NCBI GenBank assembly: GCA_964529025.1
Contig: CAZGUZ010000001.1
Location: 6,163 to 70,162 of the forward strand
DNA: 64,000 nt
Origin: an uncultured Candidatus Saccharibacteria bacterium
GTDB taxonomy: Bacteria; Patescibacteriota; Minisyncoccia; Phycocordibacterales; PALSA-1337
Direction: 5' to 3'
In this document: in pieces, positions 8,135-17,940 of the stretch
How the letters are laid out: every line of letters starts with the position of its first letter
Numbering within the stretch: position 1 is the stretch's first letter
Made by a program: the position numbers and the translations under genes
Notes under the pieces: model-generated
What the model was told of the DNA's origin: nothing
Databases searched by the model: none
What the model saw: only the letters and a program-made list of their open reading frames with translations

Positions 8135-9649
8135 ATGATTTCAGAATCTCGAGGAGCACGCGGACATAGTTCCGGCCGCTCTCATAACCCGCGCGGAAAC
8201 CGCGCACCAGGGCGTTTTTCAGCACCCCGAAAATTTCATTCTTCGGAAGGTGCTTCGCGAACCCCTGCACACAGTGCTCATGGTGCATCACATGGTGCTC
8301 ATAGTGCGTCACGTGGTCACGTGTCAGCTTCACGCTCACACGCTTCTGCTTCGCACTCTCATGCCCCTGCTTCACGTACCCAAACAGTAATTCGTTCGAG
8401 CGTACTTAAACAAGCAGAATTTGGCGGAGGATACAGAGGTGGTAATTCGCGCTTTGGAGGTAATTCACGAGGAGGATCACGAGGATTCTCAGGCGGACGA
8501 TCATTCGGCGGTTCACAAGGTGGACGCGGCCGAGGTGGTCGCTCAAGTAAATTCTTTGATGTATCAAAATACATTAATAAGAATCCTGTAGCACCAAAGA
8601 TTGAAGTCTACATGCCAAAGCACGCTTTTAGCGACTTTGCTGTTGACCCTCGAATTCACGCTCTCATTGCACGTAAAGGTATCACAACACCGACACCAAT
8701 TCAGGATCAGGTAATTCCTCACATCCTTGAAGGAAAAGATGTTGTCGGCCTTGCGGAAACAGGAACAGGTAAAACTGCAGCTTTCCTTGTACCACTTATT
8801 AATAAGATGGTTAAGGATCCAAAGCTCACAACACTTATTCTTACTCCGACACGAGAACTTGCAATACAAATCGAGAACGAGCTTCGAACACTTTCGTTCG
8901 GACTTGGAATCTTTGGCACATGTTGTGTGGGTGGAGTTTCAATTGGAGGCCAATTGCGCTCTCTTAAGTTTCACCAGCATTTCATTATCGGTACCCCAGG
9001 TCGAGTAAAGGACCTCATTGAGCGAAAAGCGATTTTCCCTTCACGAATAAGCACCGTTGTGCTCGACGAAGCGGATCGCATGCTTGATATGGGATTCATT
9101 AACGATATGAGAGCTATTCTTGGAGCAATGCCAGCTCATCGTCATACCCTTTTCTTCTCTGCCACAATGTCAGACGAAATTAAGAAATTGGTGCATGACT
9201 TCCTCAAGAATCCAGTAACAGTTGCTCTCTCAACTGGCCAAGCAGCCGCATCTATTGAACAGGATGTTGTCTTCTGTAAAGGAGCCGACAAAGTGGATGT
9301 ACTTGCTGATCTTTTGGCAAAACCAGAGTTTACACGAGTAATCATCTTTGGTCACACAAAGCATGGTGTAGAAAAACTCATGAGCAAACTTGCAACAAAA
9401 AATATTACGACAGACTCGATTCATGGAAATAAAAACCATAATCAACGACAGCGAGCACTCAATGCCTTCAAAAGCGGCGAAGTGCGAGTTCTTGTAGCAA
9501 CAGACGTTGCAGCTCGTGGTATCCACGTTGACAATGTAAGCCATGTTATTAACTTCGATCTTCCTGTAAGTTACGAAGACTATATTCACCGCATTGGCCG
9601 AACAGGCCGCGGAGCACAGCGAGGTAAAGCACTTACACTCATTGCATAA
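8135..9649 (+). CDS. DEAD-box RNA helicase with long disordered N-terminus
   Basis: Q motif, AETGTGKT, PTRELA, DEAD, SAT, HRIGRTGR; start reassigned to ATG 8135, downstream of the promoter. Confidence 0.95.
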   Translation: MISESRGARGHSSGRSHNPRGNRAPGRFSAPRKFHSSEGASRTPAHSAHGASHGAHSASRGHVSASRSHASASHSHAPASRTQTVIRSSVLKQAEFGGGYRGGNSRFGGNSRGGSRGFSGGRSFGGSQGGRGRGGRSSKFFDVSKYINKNPVAPKIEVYMPKHAFSDFAVDPRIHALIARKGITTPTPIQDQVIPHILEGKDVVGLAETGTGKTAAFLVPLINKMVKDPKLTTLILTPTRELAIQIENELRTLSFGLGIFGTCCVGGVSIGGQLRSLKFHQHFIIGTPGRVKDLIERKAIFPSRISTVVLDEADRMLDMGFINDMRAILGAMPAHRHTLFFSATMSDEIKKLVHDFLKNPVTVALSTGQAAASIEQDVVFCKGADKVDVLADLLAKPEFTRVIIFGHTKHGVEKLMSKLATKNITTDSIHGNKNHNQRQRALNAFKSGEVRVLVATDVAARGIHVDNVSHVINFDLPVSYEDYIHRIGRTGRGAQRGKALTLIA

Positions 9650-9652
9650 TAA

Positions 9653-9672
9653 AAAGGGCCTTCGGGCCCTTT
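9653..9672 (+). terminator. Terminator hairpin with cUUCGg loop
   Basis: AAAGGGCC-TTCG-GGCCCTTT. Confidence 0.7.
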
Positions 9673-9695
9673 GTGCTTTATGGTAAACTTACGGC

Positions 9696-10073
9696 ATGAC
9701 TACAAAACCACACCTACTTGTAATTGAGGACGACGAACTCCTAATTACCGCTCTCGAAGAGCGTTTTACCAAAGAAGGATTCGCTGTTGAAATTGAACGC
9801 GACGGTACTCAAGGTCTCGAAAAAATCATAACAGCAAAACCAGCTGCTGTAATTCTTGATCTCATTATTCCTGGCAAGGATGGCCTTACAGTTCTTAAAG
9901 AACTTGAACAGCGTGCCCCAGGTATTAAAATTCCCATTATTGTTCTCACGAACTCAGAAGACCTTACCTATATGTCCGAGGTATTGAGTCATAATGTAAC
10001 AACATATCTTGTTAAATCTGATCAAGACTTGAGTGCAATCGTTGATATTGTTCGCAAAAATATTCTTGCGTAA
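9696..10073 (+). CDS. Stand-alone response regulator receiver
   Basis: LLVIEDD, ILDLIIPGKDG phospho-acceptor, IIVLTN, YLVK. Confidence 0.92.
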   Translation: MTTKPHLLVIEDDELLITALEERFTKEGFAVEIERDGTQGLEKIITAKPAAVILDLIIPGKDGLTVLKELEQRAPGIKIPIIVLTNSEDLTYMSEVLSHNVTTYLVKSDQDLSAIVDIVRKNILA

Positions 10074-10084
10074 AAATACTAACC

Positions 10085-11485
10085 TTAAGAAACTGTTGGT
10101 TCGATAGGTAGAATAGGTAGCTCAACAAAGAATGTTGTACCCTTTCCGACAACGGTTTCAAAACTTATTGACCCACCATGGAGCTCAATGAGTTTTTTTG
10201 CTAAATAAAGACCAAGACCAGTGCCATCCTGATTTGATCGAACAGCATCACGCAAACGGCGATATCCATCAAAAATATGTGGTCGTTCATCAACAGGAAT
10301 GCCATTACCCTCATCGCTTACCGTAAGAGTACATGTTGTACCATCAAGCTTTGTTCTATAGCCAATACGAACGCTTGTATGCGGTTTTGTATACTTAATT
10401 GCATTGGTGCAAAGATTCGTAATGATGTAGCGCATCTTATCGCGATCGCACATAACCTCAATAGTTTCTACGAGTGATGGATCGACAATTAAATCTACTT
10501 TGTGCTCTTGTGCCGACAAAGAAAGCATTTGCACAATGTCTTGAACAAATGGTCGCAAAAGGAGTGGTTCAAGATTCAATGTCTTCATATTTCCTGTATC
10601 CAAAGCGCTCACACTTAAAAGGTTGTTGATTCGATATACAAGATTAACGCAACTCGTATACATACGAGAAACCATGTCGCGTTCATGCGAACCAAGTTGA
10701 GTTCCTGGTGCTAATAGTGTCTCGCTTGCCCAACGAATTCCCGTAAGGGGCGAGCGAATTTCGTGTGCAGCAATCGACAAAAACTGAGCTTTTTCTTCAA
10801 GATAAATTGCTTCGCGCTGGCGCTGATACAAAACAATTGCAATAAAGAAAGCAATGATAAGGGTTACGAACATAGGAATAAGTGCAAAAGCAATTGCATT
10901 TGCAATATGCGATCGTGCATCAACATCAATACCAACAAGGCCAACTATGATACCCTCTGAGCTCACAATTGGAGCATATGCTGTAATCCATGTTCCCCAG
11001 CGGTCAGATAATGGACCCTCAAAGCCAACTTTTGCTGAATTAAAAACATCAAAAACAACGTCACTTGCTTCATCATATACTTGACCAAATGGGGAATAAT
11101 CTTCTGAATCAACAGGCTCTGAATCGGCAATAAATACAGCTTTTGAATCAAGCGGCTCAACAGTAAGTATATACACAAAGCGTGCATCGCTGTTGACCAA
11201 GCGAATGTCAGCAAGCTTACTTTTGAGAGCAGCATAGTCAGCAGAAGCTAAAACCTCCTGAGTGTATGCTCGGTTTTGCAAATCGCGATCAGTAACAATT
11301 TTTGCAAGGCTATCAGCATCAATTCCTGCCGCAATTGTTTCAGCTCGATCAATGAGATGATTATTGTTAGTGCGCGACACTGCACTATAAACAACAATTG
11401 TAGAGACTATTCCAACAATTCCTATAGCAATATACAGCCCGACATAGCGAGCAATGCGAGCTTGAGGAGTATTTGGTAAGAGCAT
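10085..11485 (-). CDS. Membrane sensor histidine kinase
   Basis: Two TM helices around an extracytoplasmic sensor; AHEIRSPLT H-box, NLCTNAIKY, DEGNGI, GTGLGL; start taken at ATG 11485. Confidence 0.93.
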   Translation of the reverse strand: MLLPNTPQARIARYVGLYIAIGIVGIVSTIVVYSAVSRTNNNHLIDRAETIAAGIDADSLAKIVTDRDLQNRAYTQEVLASADYAALKSKLADIRLVNSDARFVYILTVEPLDSKAVFIADSEPVDSEDYSPFGQVYDEASDVVFDVFNSAKVGFEGPLSDRWGTWITAYAPIVSSEGIIVGLVGIDVDARSHIANAIAFALIPMFVTLIIAFFIAIVLYQRQREAIYLEEKAQFLSIAAHEIRSPLTGIRWASETLLAPGTQLGSHERDMVSRMYTSCVNLVYRINNLLSVSALDTGNMKTLNLEPLLLRPFVQDIVQMLSLSAQEHKVDLIVDPSLVETIEVMCDRDKMRYIITNLCTNAIKYTKPHTSVRIGYRTKLDGTTCTLTVSDEGNGIPVDERPHIFDGYRRLRDAVRSNQDGTGLGLYLAKKLIELHGGSISFETVVGKGTTFFVELPILPIEPTVS

Positions 11486-11585
11486 GCGTATAGTATACAG
11501 CACAACAAAATACCTATTGCGCTTTTTATTCACACGTCATTGATTGAGTGGTGGCTATGTGCTGACCTGTGTATTGGTCTGCGCA

Positions 11586-12854
11586 TTAATACACATCACC
11601 CAGAAATATCAGTGGGAATTGCTGAGCCTTTTCAGCATCATGTTGTGAAGTCTTTGACTTTAAACTCGAAGCTAAATGAACTAAACGTTTGCCATATTTT
11701 GCTTGTAAAGTATCTGCGACATCATATACAGTCTGCCCTGTTTGTTTGTGTGTTTGCGTTTGTTCGTCTTCATTATTTTGCATAAACAAATCACCAGTTT
11801 GCATATCCTGTGGGACCATACCTGCCAAAGTAACACCCGACGATCTATACATAAGTCCTGGAATAAATACCGAAGAAAATCTTTTACGCAAAATGCTCAT
11901 ACACTCAGATGGTGTGGCCGTTGCTCGAGGCAGAGTAAATTCATCGCGTATATATTGCATATTCGATGTCTTTAAAAACCAATATATTTTATTACCCTCA
12001 CTTGCATGATAGCGAGCTCTTTCGCAGACAATCTCTGTATGATATGCCAGTTCTGCCAAAATAGGATCGGGTGATTTTTGCGGTCGGTCGAACATTCTTG
12101 TATGCTGAAAAGATTTTTGCATTTCATGCTCTGTAGTAACACCAAGTACAGACCTACCATGAAGCTCATGCCACAATTCTTGATGTGGCTTCGAGAATTG
12201 TTCTTGTACAAGTCCCTCTCGCAAATTCATAAAGTCAGCTACAGTCGATATACCCCTAAGTGCAAAATCTGAGACTGCACTCTTTCCAATACCCCAAACA
12301 CTACCCACGGACATTGTCTGGGCAATGTGCATAAAAGCTTTTTCATCGAGAAAAGTAATTCCTTTGGGTTTTTTCTGCTTTGAAGCAATCTTTGCTCGCA
12401 CTTTAGTTGCACCAATTCCAATTGAATACGTAATGCCGAGTTCTGCTTCGAGTGTATTTTGTATGGTTGCGGCAAAAGAAATATATTGTTCTGGTTTAAG
12501 GTGTGCAACATCATCGGTAATATCGGCAAAGCACTCATCAACGCTATACTCTTCAAGCTGCGAAACAAAGCGGCGCATAATGGTTTTCATACGCAATGAC
12601 ATTTCTGTATACAAATCAAAGTCTGCTGGCAAACACACAACTTGCGGCCAGTATTTTCTAATCTGAAAAACAGGCATTGTACGAGTGACACCCAAGGCTT
12701 TTGCTTCATACGATAGAGCAGTTGCAATACCCTTCTCTGCACCAACAATTACTGGCTTTCCACGCAAGTCAGGCCTGCGAGAAACTTCGCAAGCAGCAAA
12801 AAAAGCATCGCCATCAATATGCATAATTACCTTTGTGGGTTTATGAATACTCAT
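11586..12854 (-). CDS. dinB: Y-family DNA polymerase (DinB/UmuC-like)
   Basis: HIDGDAFFAACE, SYEAK, YSVDECF, AKIASK..KP.G, WGIG. Confidence 0.9.
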   Translation of the reverse strand: MSIHKPTKVIMHIDGDAFFAACEVSRRPDLRGKPVIVGAEKGIATALSYEAKALGVTRTMPVFQIRKYWPQVVCLPADFDLYTEMSLRMKTIMRRFVSQLEEYSVDECFADITDDVAHLKPEQYISFAATIQNTLEAELGITYSIGIGATKVRAKIASKQKKPKGITFLDEKAFMHIAQTMSVGSVWGIGKSAVSDFALRGISTVADFMNLREGLVQEQFSKPHQELWHELHGRSVLGVTTEHEMQKSFQHTRMFDRPQKSPDPILAELAYHTEIVCERARYHASEGNKIYWFLKTSNMQYIRDEFTLPRATATPSECMSILRKRFSSVFIPGLMYRSSGVTLAGMVPQDMQTGDLFMQNNEDEQTQTHKQTGQTVYDVADTLQAKYGKRLVHLASSLKSKTSQHDAEKAQQFPLIFLGDVY

Positions 12855-12868
12855 GTGTATTTTCGCAA

Positions 12869-13252
12869 TTACTCATACTTTCTAACATTTGCCCGCACCA
12901 CAGCCTCGATCACTAAATCTTGAGAAGGATAGAGCGGAGGATATGCCCCATTTGCTGCTTCTAAATACACATTACCCGAAGCATCTTTTCTGTAATATTT
13001 CATGGTGAATGCACCGTCGATCCGAGCAATGACAATGTCGCCAATTTTTGGTTGTGCACCCCTTTCTACAATAACGTAGTCCCCTTCAATGATTCCGGCA
13101 TCTATCATGCTGTCGCCCTTAACTCTGAGCATATAGCTTGCTTCTCTTTTTTGTATAAGAAAATCATCCAAAGACATTTCATGAATATCTTCTTCTGCTG
13201 TACCCGGAAAACCAGCCTCAACAACACCTAATACCTTAATATAAGGTTCCAT
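12869..13252 (-). CDS. UmuD-like S24 autopeptidase (no DNA-binding domain)
   Basis: EAGFP Ala-Gly cleavage site, RVKGDSM Ser, FTMKY Lys. Confidence 0.85.
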   Translation of the reverse strand: MEPYIKVLGVVEAGFPGTAEEDIHEMSLDDFLIQKREASYMLRVKGDSMIDAGIIEGDYVIVERGAQPKIGDIVIARIDGAFTMKYYRKDASGNVYLEAANGAYPPLYPSQDLVIEAVVRANVRKYE

Positions 13253-13257
13253 TGCTG

Positions 13258-14391
13258 CTACTCAAAAGTTATATAGACAATTTCGCGCTGCGTACCGATT
13301 CTTTGTGGCGGACCCCAGGTTCCCGCTCCACTCGTTGTGATTACACGGAGTTTTCCAAGGGTATTATTACCATACTCAAACCCTTTATAAATAAACCGTG
13401 CCAACAGTGAAAATGGCCACACTTGCCCTTTATGAGTATGCCCCGACAAAACTAAATTAACACCTGAATCGCGAACAACATCAAGATTATCTGGAACATG
13501 CTTAAGCAAAATATACGGAGCATCTCCAAATTCAGCAGTGATATTACTGCGCATTTTTTGAAGCGTCATTGCCAAATCTTCTGCTCGAGTATTGTTGCTA
13601 TATTCAACACCTCCAACTGTAAGACCTCTCAGGTTCACAAAATCATTTTGCAGTACAATGATTCCATTCTTTTCTATATGCTGCACATATGGCTCATTTC
13701 TGTATGTCTCATGATTTCCTGTAACAAAGAAAGTTCCATAGGTTGTTTTAAACTCACCGAAAGGTCGAGCAACACTATCGAAATCCATACGTGGACCATC
13801 GTAAAAGTCGCCACCTATGAATACGGCTTCTAAGTTTTTGCGTGACAGCTTGTTAATAACATCATATGCATGACTTTCTCTGTGGATCTTACCAAAGTGA
13901 GTATCAGCGATGAAAGCAACAGTTTTTCCTTTCCATTCTTGCGGTAAATTAGGCAGCTCAACCGTATATGAAACTTCACGAAGTATATTGCCTTGCATCA
14001 TACCGTAACCACTCATAGCAAGAGCAGCTACAACACAGACAAATGTAAGGCTTCGAATAAGATTGAGCGACTGACCAATGAAAGCGTCACCACCAATTGC
14101 ATAAACAGTGGCATATACAATTCCAATAGCAACACTTGCAAGGAAAAGCCACCACAAGGTGCCGAGCCACACCGCAGCAGAGTAATAGAGAGAATTTCCT
14201 AAAGCAGAGTCTGAAGTAAAACCAACGTTTGACACAAAGAACGAAACCGAGAGAATGCCGAAGATGATCTTGAGCGCTAAAAGCATATGTGGATCTGTTA
14301 CCACAAAGCCTTTAACCAGAGCTTTATACACCACAAAGTGGACGAGGAATAAAAGCCCTTGAACGATACCGAAGAAAATAAAGAATTGCAT
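13258..14391 (-). CDS. Membrane-bound metallophosphoesterase (YkuE/YaeI-like)
   Basis: Four N-terminal TMs; DTH, GDFYD, GNHE, LSGHTHKGQ. Confidence 0.92.
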   Translation of the reverse strand: MQFFIFFGIVQGLLFLVHFVVYKALVKGFVVTDPHMLLALKIIFGILSVSFFVSNVGFTSDSALGNSLYYSAAVWLGTLWWLFLASVAIGIVYATVYAIGGDAFIGQSLNLIRSLTFVCVVAALAMSGYGMMQGNILREVSYTVELPNLPQEWKGKTVAFIADTHFGKIHRESHAYDVINKLSRKNLEAVFIGGDFYDGPRMDFDSVARPFGEFKTTYGTFFVTGNHETYRNEPYVQHIEKNGIIVLQNDFVNLRGLTVGGVEYSNNTRAEDLAMTLQKMRSNITAEFGDAPYILLKHVPDNLDVVRDSGVNLVLSGHTHKGQVWPFSLLARFIYKGFEYGNNTLGKLRVITTSGAGTWGPPQRIGTQREIVYITFE

Positions 14392-14405
14392 ACGCCTAGT
14401 ATACC

Positions 14406-15653
14406 TTATTCATGCCGGCACGCATCACTATGTACATGTGAACTGCCTACCCCACCATGACTATGCCCATGGCTATGACCATGACCTTCGAAGCTTTTAA
14501 GTAATTCATTTTGTTGTCGCGTAAGCTCAGGAGTATCCGTATGCTTTTTAATAAGCATAGTTACAGCAATAAGTGTAGTTATAGGAACAGCGAGTACGAG
14601 ACCAATACTACCAACCATTGTTCGAACAATTTCGGCAGCAAACATTTCGCGGTTAAGGAGCGGCACAACATCGACAGCAGATATGTAGAGCAATAGCAAT
14701 AGTGGTAAAGATGCTCCAACATAAGCAATTGCCAAGGTATTAACAAGAGCACCAATGTGTTCACGACCAATGCGCACAGCGCGCAAATATACTGCCCTTC
14801 GACTTGCATGTGGAGCAAAACGCGAAAGCTCTTCAACGGTAACAGCTTGTCCAATTGCAACGTCATAAAGCACACCAAGAAGTCCAATAAGAATACCGCC
14901 GAGCAATAATCCTCTAAAATCAATTGCTCCTGCAGTTTTAATATTGAGGAATACCGCTTCTTCAGTTTCAAAACCTGTCATATTAAGACCGTATACTGAG
15001 TAGTATGACAATATGCCGGTAACAATAACCGTCAAAATCATTCCGATAACAGCCGAACTCGTAGTCTTGGTAAAGCCATGTGTTACATATGACCCAAGAA
15101 TAATGATGAGTGAAGAAACACCTAAAGTAATAAGGAGCGGCGATAACCCAGCGCTAATACCAGGAAGCAAAACGTAGACAATAAGCGCGAGGCTTCCGAA
15201 TAAACTCACAAGACCGCGCACACCCTGCATTCCACCAAATACGATAGTAAGTACAATAAAAGCAAGTGTAATCCAAAACAAAAATGGAAGTCGGTACGGT
15301 TCGCCAGCATAATAGGTTTCAAAACCATCTTCCCAGCGAACAACGTGGCGAATGTAGAGCTTGTCACCTTTTTCCAAAGGAGCATAGTCATTGCGAACTT
15401 CAACAATAGAACCTTTCTTTGAACCATCGATAAGCTCAACTTTAAGTGTCTGGACTTCGGCTTCAAGACCGCTAATGACCGTACGCTTTTCGGTCTTAAG
15501 CACTTCAGTGATTTTACCTAAATAGGTATGCTCAGCATCTTCTATAAGCTCGCCAGAGCTTGCCCTAGCCCCAAAGGGTAATATGAGTGCAATAAGAGCC
15601 AAACAGGCCATTATTGCGCATATACGGGCTTTATAGAGTCGTATTTGTGTCAT
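14406..15653 (-). CDS. YibE/F family membrane protein with His-rich tail
   Basis: IGLLGVLYDVAI.Q, IGREHIGALVNTL..AY.G, EIVRT..GSIGLVLAVPITT. Confidence 0.9.
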   Translation of the reverse strand: MTQIRLYKARICAIMACLALIALILPFGARASSGELIEDAEHTYLGKITEVLKTEKRTVISGLEAEVQTLKVELIDGSKKGSIVEVRNDYAPLEKGDKLYIRHVVRWEDGFETYYAGEPYRLPFLFWITLAFIVLTIVFGGMQGVRGLVSLFGSLALIVYVLLPGISAGLSPLLITLGVSSLIIILGSYVTHGFTKTTSSAVIGMILTVIVTGILSYYSVYGLNMTGFETEEAVFLNIKTAGAIDFRGLLLGGILIGLLGVLYDVAIGQAVTVEELSRFAPHASRRAVYLRAVRIGREHIGALVNTLAIAYVGASLPLLLLLYISAVDVVPLLNREMFAAEIVRTMVGSIGLVLAVPITTLIAVTMLIKKHTDTPELTRQQNELLKSFEGHGHSHGHSHGGVGSSHVHSDACRHE

Positions 15654-15671
15654 ACGACGAATATACCATAC

Positions 15672-16157
15672 TTAACGCCCAACCGTAATACGCGCGTCTA
15701 TTTCGCCTTGAGCCTCAAGAATAAGACTGCCTGTTGTGCTACTCATACCAAGCCAATAGCCCGTACTGTATCCCGAGGTCGTATTATATGCCCTACCCGT
15801 TTTTGGATCTTGTGGAAGTTCTCCCAAATATGCCGGCACAAGACAGCTACGAATATCGAGCCCATCCTGATCAGACGTAACAAGTTTAAGTGTTGTAGTA
15901 GGTAAATCTTGAGCAACACCATTACATGTAAAAATACCTGAATGCTCGCTCATATTTGCATTGACGGCATTCATGATAGCAAGGATATGCGTTTGCCTTT
16001 CTGTATCGCGGGCCACTTTAAATTGACGTACAGGATTAATTGCCACAATAACCATTCCAGCAAGAATGCCAATAAGGCCGATGACGAGCATAACTTCTAC
16101 CAGAGTAAAACCTTTTGTCTGTACTTGTATATGATTGCGATAACGGGTATAGTTCAT
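15672..16157 (-). CDS. Type IV pilin / pseudopilin
   Basis: KG|FTLVEVMLVIGLIGILA prepilin cleavage motif, INP..Q...ARD, LPQDP. Confidence 0.92.
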   Translation of the reverse strand: MNYTRYRNHIQVQTKGFTLVEVMLVIGLIGILAGMVIVAINPVRQFKVARDTERQTHILAIMNAVNANMSEHSGIFTCNGVAQDLPTTTLKLVTSDQDGLDIRSCLVPAYLGELPQDPKTGRAYNTTSGYSTGYWLGMSSTTGSLILEAQGEIDARITVGR

Positions 16158-16222
16158 AATTTTATAATTATTAATACCTCACTATCGTAGCTTGGCGTGA
16201 TTAAATACTTATTAAATAATTA

Positions 16223-16678
16223 TCAAATCTTCCTAAAGAACTTTATTTCGTTCTCCAGATTTAAACCCCAAACGTCTTTATTAAATGATAATAAACGTAC
16301 ATACTCTATTCCATATGTAGATGGCTCGGTACGACATACGATTTCAACGGTATATAAATCGTGCACTGTATCTTCTGAAAATAAATATTTGCACACGACT
16401 AACCTCTGAACAGAAATAAATTCTCGAGAAAAAGAATCAGTTATTTGTAGCACTTCATTATTCTGCAGCTTGTAAATAATGTAACCATACTTAAGCGAGC
16501 TCTGTATCCAATCTGAATAATGTTGCGAAGTTTCCATAAGCACCTTACGTACCTCGCTACGAAATATACTGTCATGAATAATAAACTGGGATACGTTTCG
16601 CTTTACAACAATAACCATCACAAAACTCATAACGATAAAAACTGCGGGTGTAGCAATAAAACCCTTAGTGTGTAACAT
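16223..16678 (-). CDS. Minor pilin-like protein (PilX-type, no Glu5)
   Basis: TKG|FIATPAVFIV hydrophobic N-terminus within the pilus operon. Confidence 0.6.
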   Translation of the reverse strand: MLHTKGFIATPAVFIVMSFVMVIVVKRNVSQFIIHDSIFRSEVRKVLMETSQHYSDWIQSSLKYGYIIYKLQNNEVLQITDSFSREFISVQRLVVCKYLFSEDTVHDLYTVEIVCRTEPSTYGIEYVRLLSFNKDVWGLNLENEIKFFRKI

Positions 16679-16805
16679 AGTGCTCTAAATTAATGTTGTC
16701 AGCCTTCCATGCAGAAATTTCGGCAAAGCCAAAACTAATAAACGTATTGAGACAAAGCCCAATTATAGACATTAAAATGATGTGTAGACAGTATTCGATA
16801 AGCAT
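16665..16805 (-). CDS. Small pilin-like peptide (46 aa), absent from the ORF track
   Basis: MLIEYCLHIILMSIIGLCLNTFISFGFAEISAWKADNINLEHYVTH*; abuts the upstream stop (TAAATG) and overlaps the next start. Confidence 0.55.
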   Translation of the reverse strand: MLIEYCLHIILMSIIGLCLNTFISFGFAEISAWKADNINLEHYVTH

Positions 16806-17939
16806 TTATATGTAGTTACCTATATGATAGCGGCCATTGCATATGCTCAGGCTAATTGCCGGAGCCCTCATAGTAGAACTTATATTATGCTCGCCTAATA
16901 AATCCCTTATTCCAAAACTTGGTTTATTTGTTGCCAGCGTATATGGCTCATCAATGATGGCTGCACTTGTACTATAGCCACGAATACCATAAACACTTGC
17001 ACCTATGTCATAAGTTTTTCTGACCCATAATTCACCTTCTGTAATATCAATGATCGCCAACTCTGGTTCGTGGATCACATTGAAACCACCAACTGATCTA
17101 CCCACTGCAAATGTTGAAGTTCCAAGCCACGACAAAGACATAACATCATGCGTTGCATAGCCAGGAAAACTTACTGAGTCTTTAATATAAAATACCCCTT
17201 CATTTATACCGCCCAGTAAAAATACCTCTTGCCCTGCTCCTGTACCGACGACAACAGAATCATTGTTGGCAATAATATCTGTTACGACTGATCCTATTTC
17301 AAAAGTATTTACTACCGATATATTTTTAAGTGAATCAACACGAATAACTGAGAGTTCAGGACCGTCCCATTTTTCTGTTCCAACTGCCACATACCCCGAG
17401 CCAATATGTACAACACTACGAACAACTGGTGTCGATGTTGCTCTCGCCCTAGGTAAATTGAGCGTATTTACTAAAACCAACTGACCACTCGCATCAAATT
17501 CAAAATATCCAAGATGATTGTTGATCGAGGTATTCCCCGCAAGAATACCCTGACCCACCACATCAAAAGCTTGCGTACCTGGGCCAAAGTTGTATGAAGC
17601 AATTAATTTCCAAGCAGAAGTTTTTTTATAAACCCGAATATCATCATCGCTACTCTGTGTACTATCGTACGAGGCTATGAGCAGCGGACCCTGTTGCCAC
17701 ATATGCGTCATATTTGCAGTCGAGGGAATATCAATTATTTTAAAATTAAAGTTACCGAAACAGCGATATGGATTCTGGGTATCTATTGAAGCTTGGGAGC
17801 CCTGAATACTTTTAATAGAGTTCACCATAGATGAAATCTGTATTTTTGAACGCGGTATATTTGCAAGCATAATAGCTAAAACACTGAGGAGTGCCAAAGC
17901 GAGTAATGTATCGGTAGAAATAAAACCGCGTATCAACAT
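16806..17939 (-). CDS. Pilin-like N-terminus fused to a probable beta-propeller domain
   Basis: RG|FISTDTLLALALL, then repeated beta-strand blades (e.g. VAVGT...ELSVI, VVVGT...EVFLL, FAVGR...ELAII). Confidence 0.65.
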   Translation of the reverse strand: MLIRGFISTDTLLALALLSVLAIMLANIPRSKIQISSMVNSIKSIQGSQASIDTQNPYRCFGNFNFKIIDIPSTANMTHMWQQGPLLIASYDSTQSSDDDIRVYKKTSAWKLIASYNFGPGTQAFDVVGQGILAGNTSINNHLGYFEFDASGQLVLVNTLNLPRARATSTPVVRSVVHIGSGYVAVGTEKWDGPELSVIRVDSLKNISVVNTFEIGSVVTDIIANNDSVVVGTGAGQEVFLLGGINEGVFYIKDSVSFPGYATHDVMSLSWLGTSTFAVGRSVGGFNVIHEPELAIIDITEGELWVRKTYDIGASVYGIRGYSTSAAIIDEPYTLATNKPSFGIRDLLGEHNISSTMRAPAISLSICNGRYHIGNYI

Positions 17940-17940
17940 A

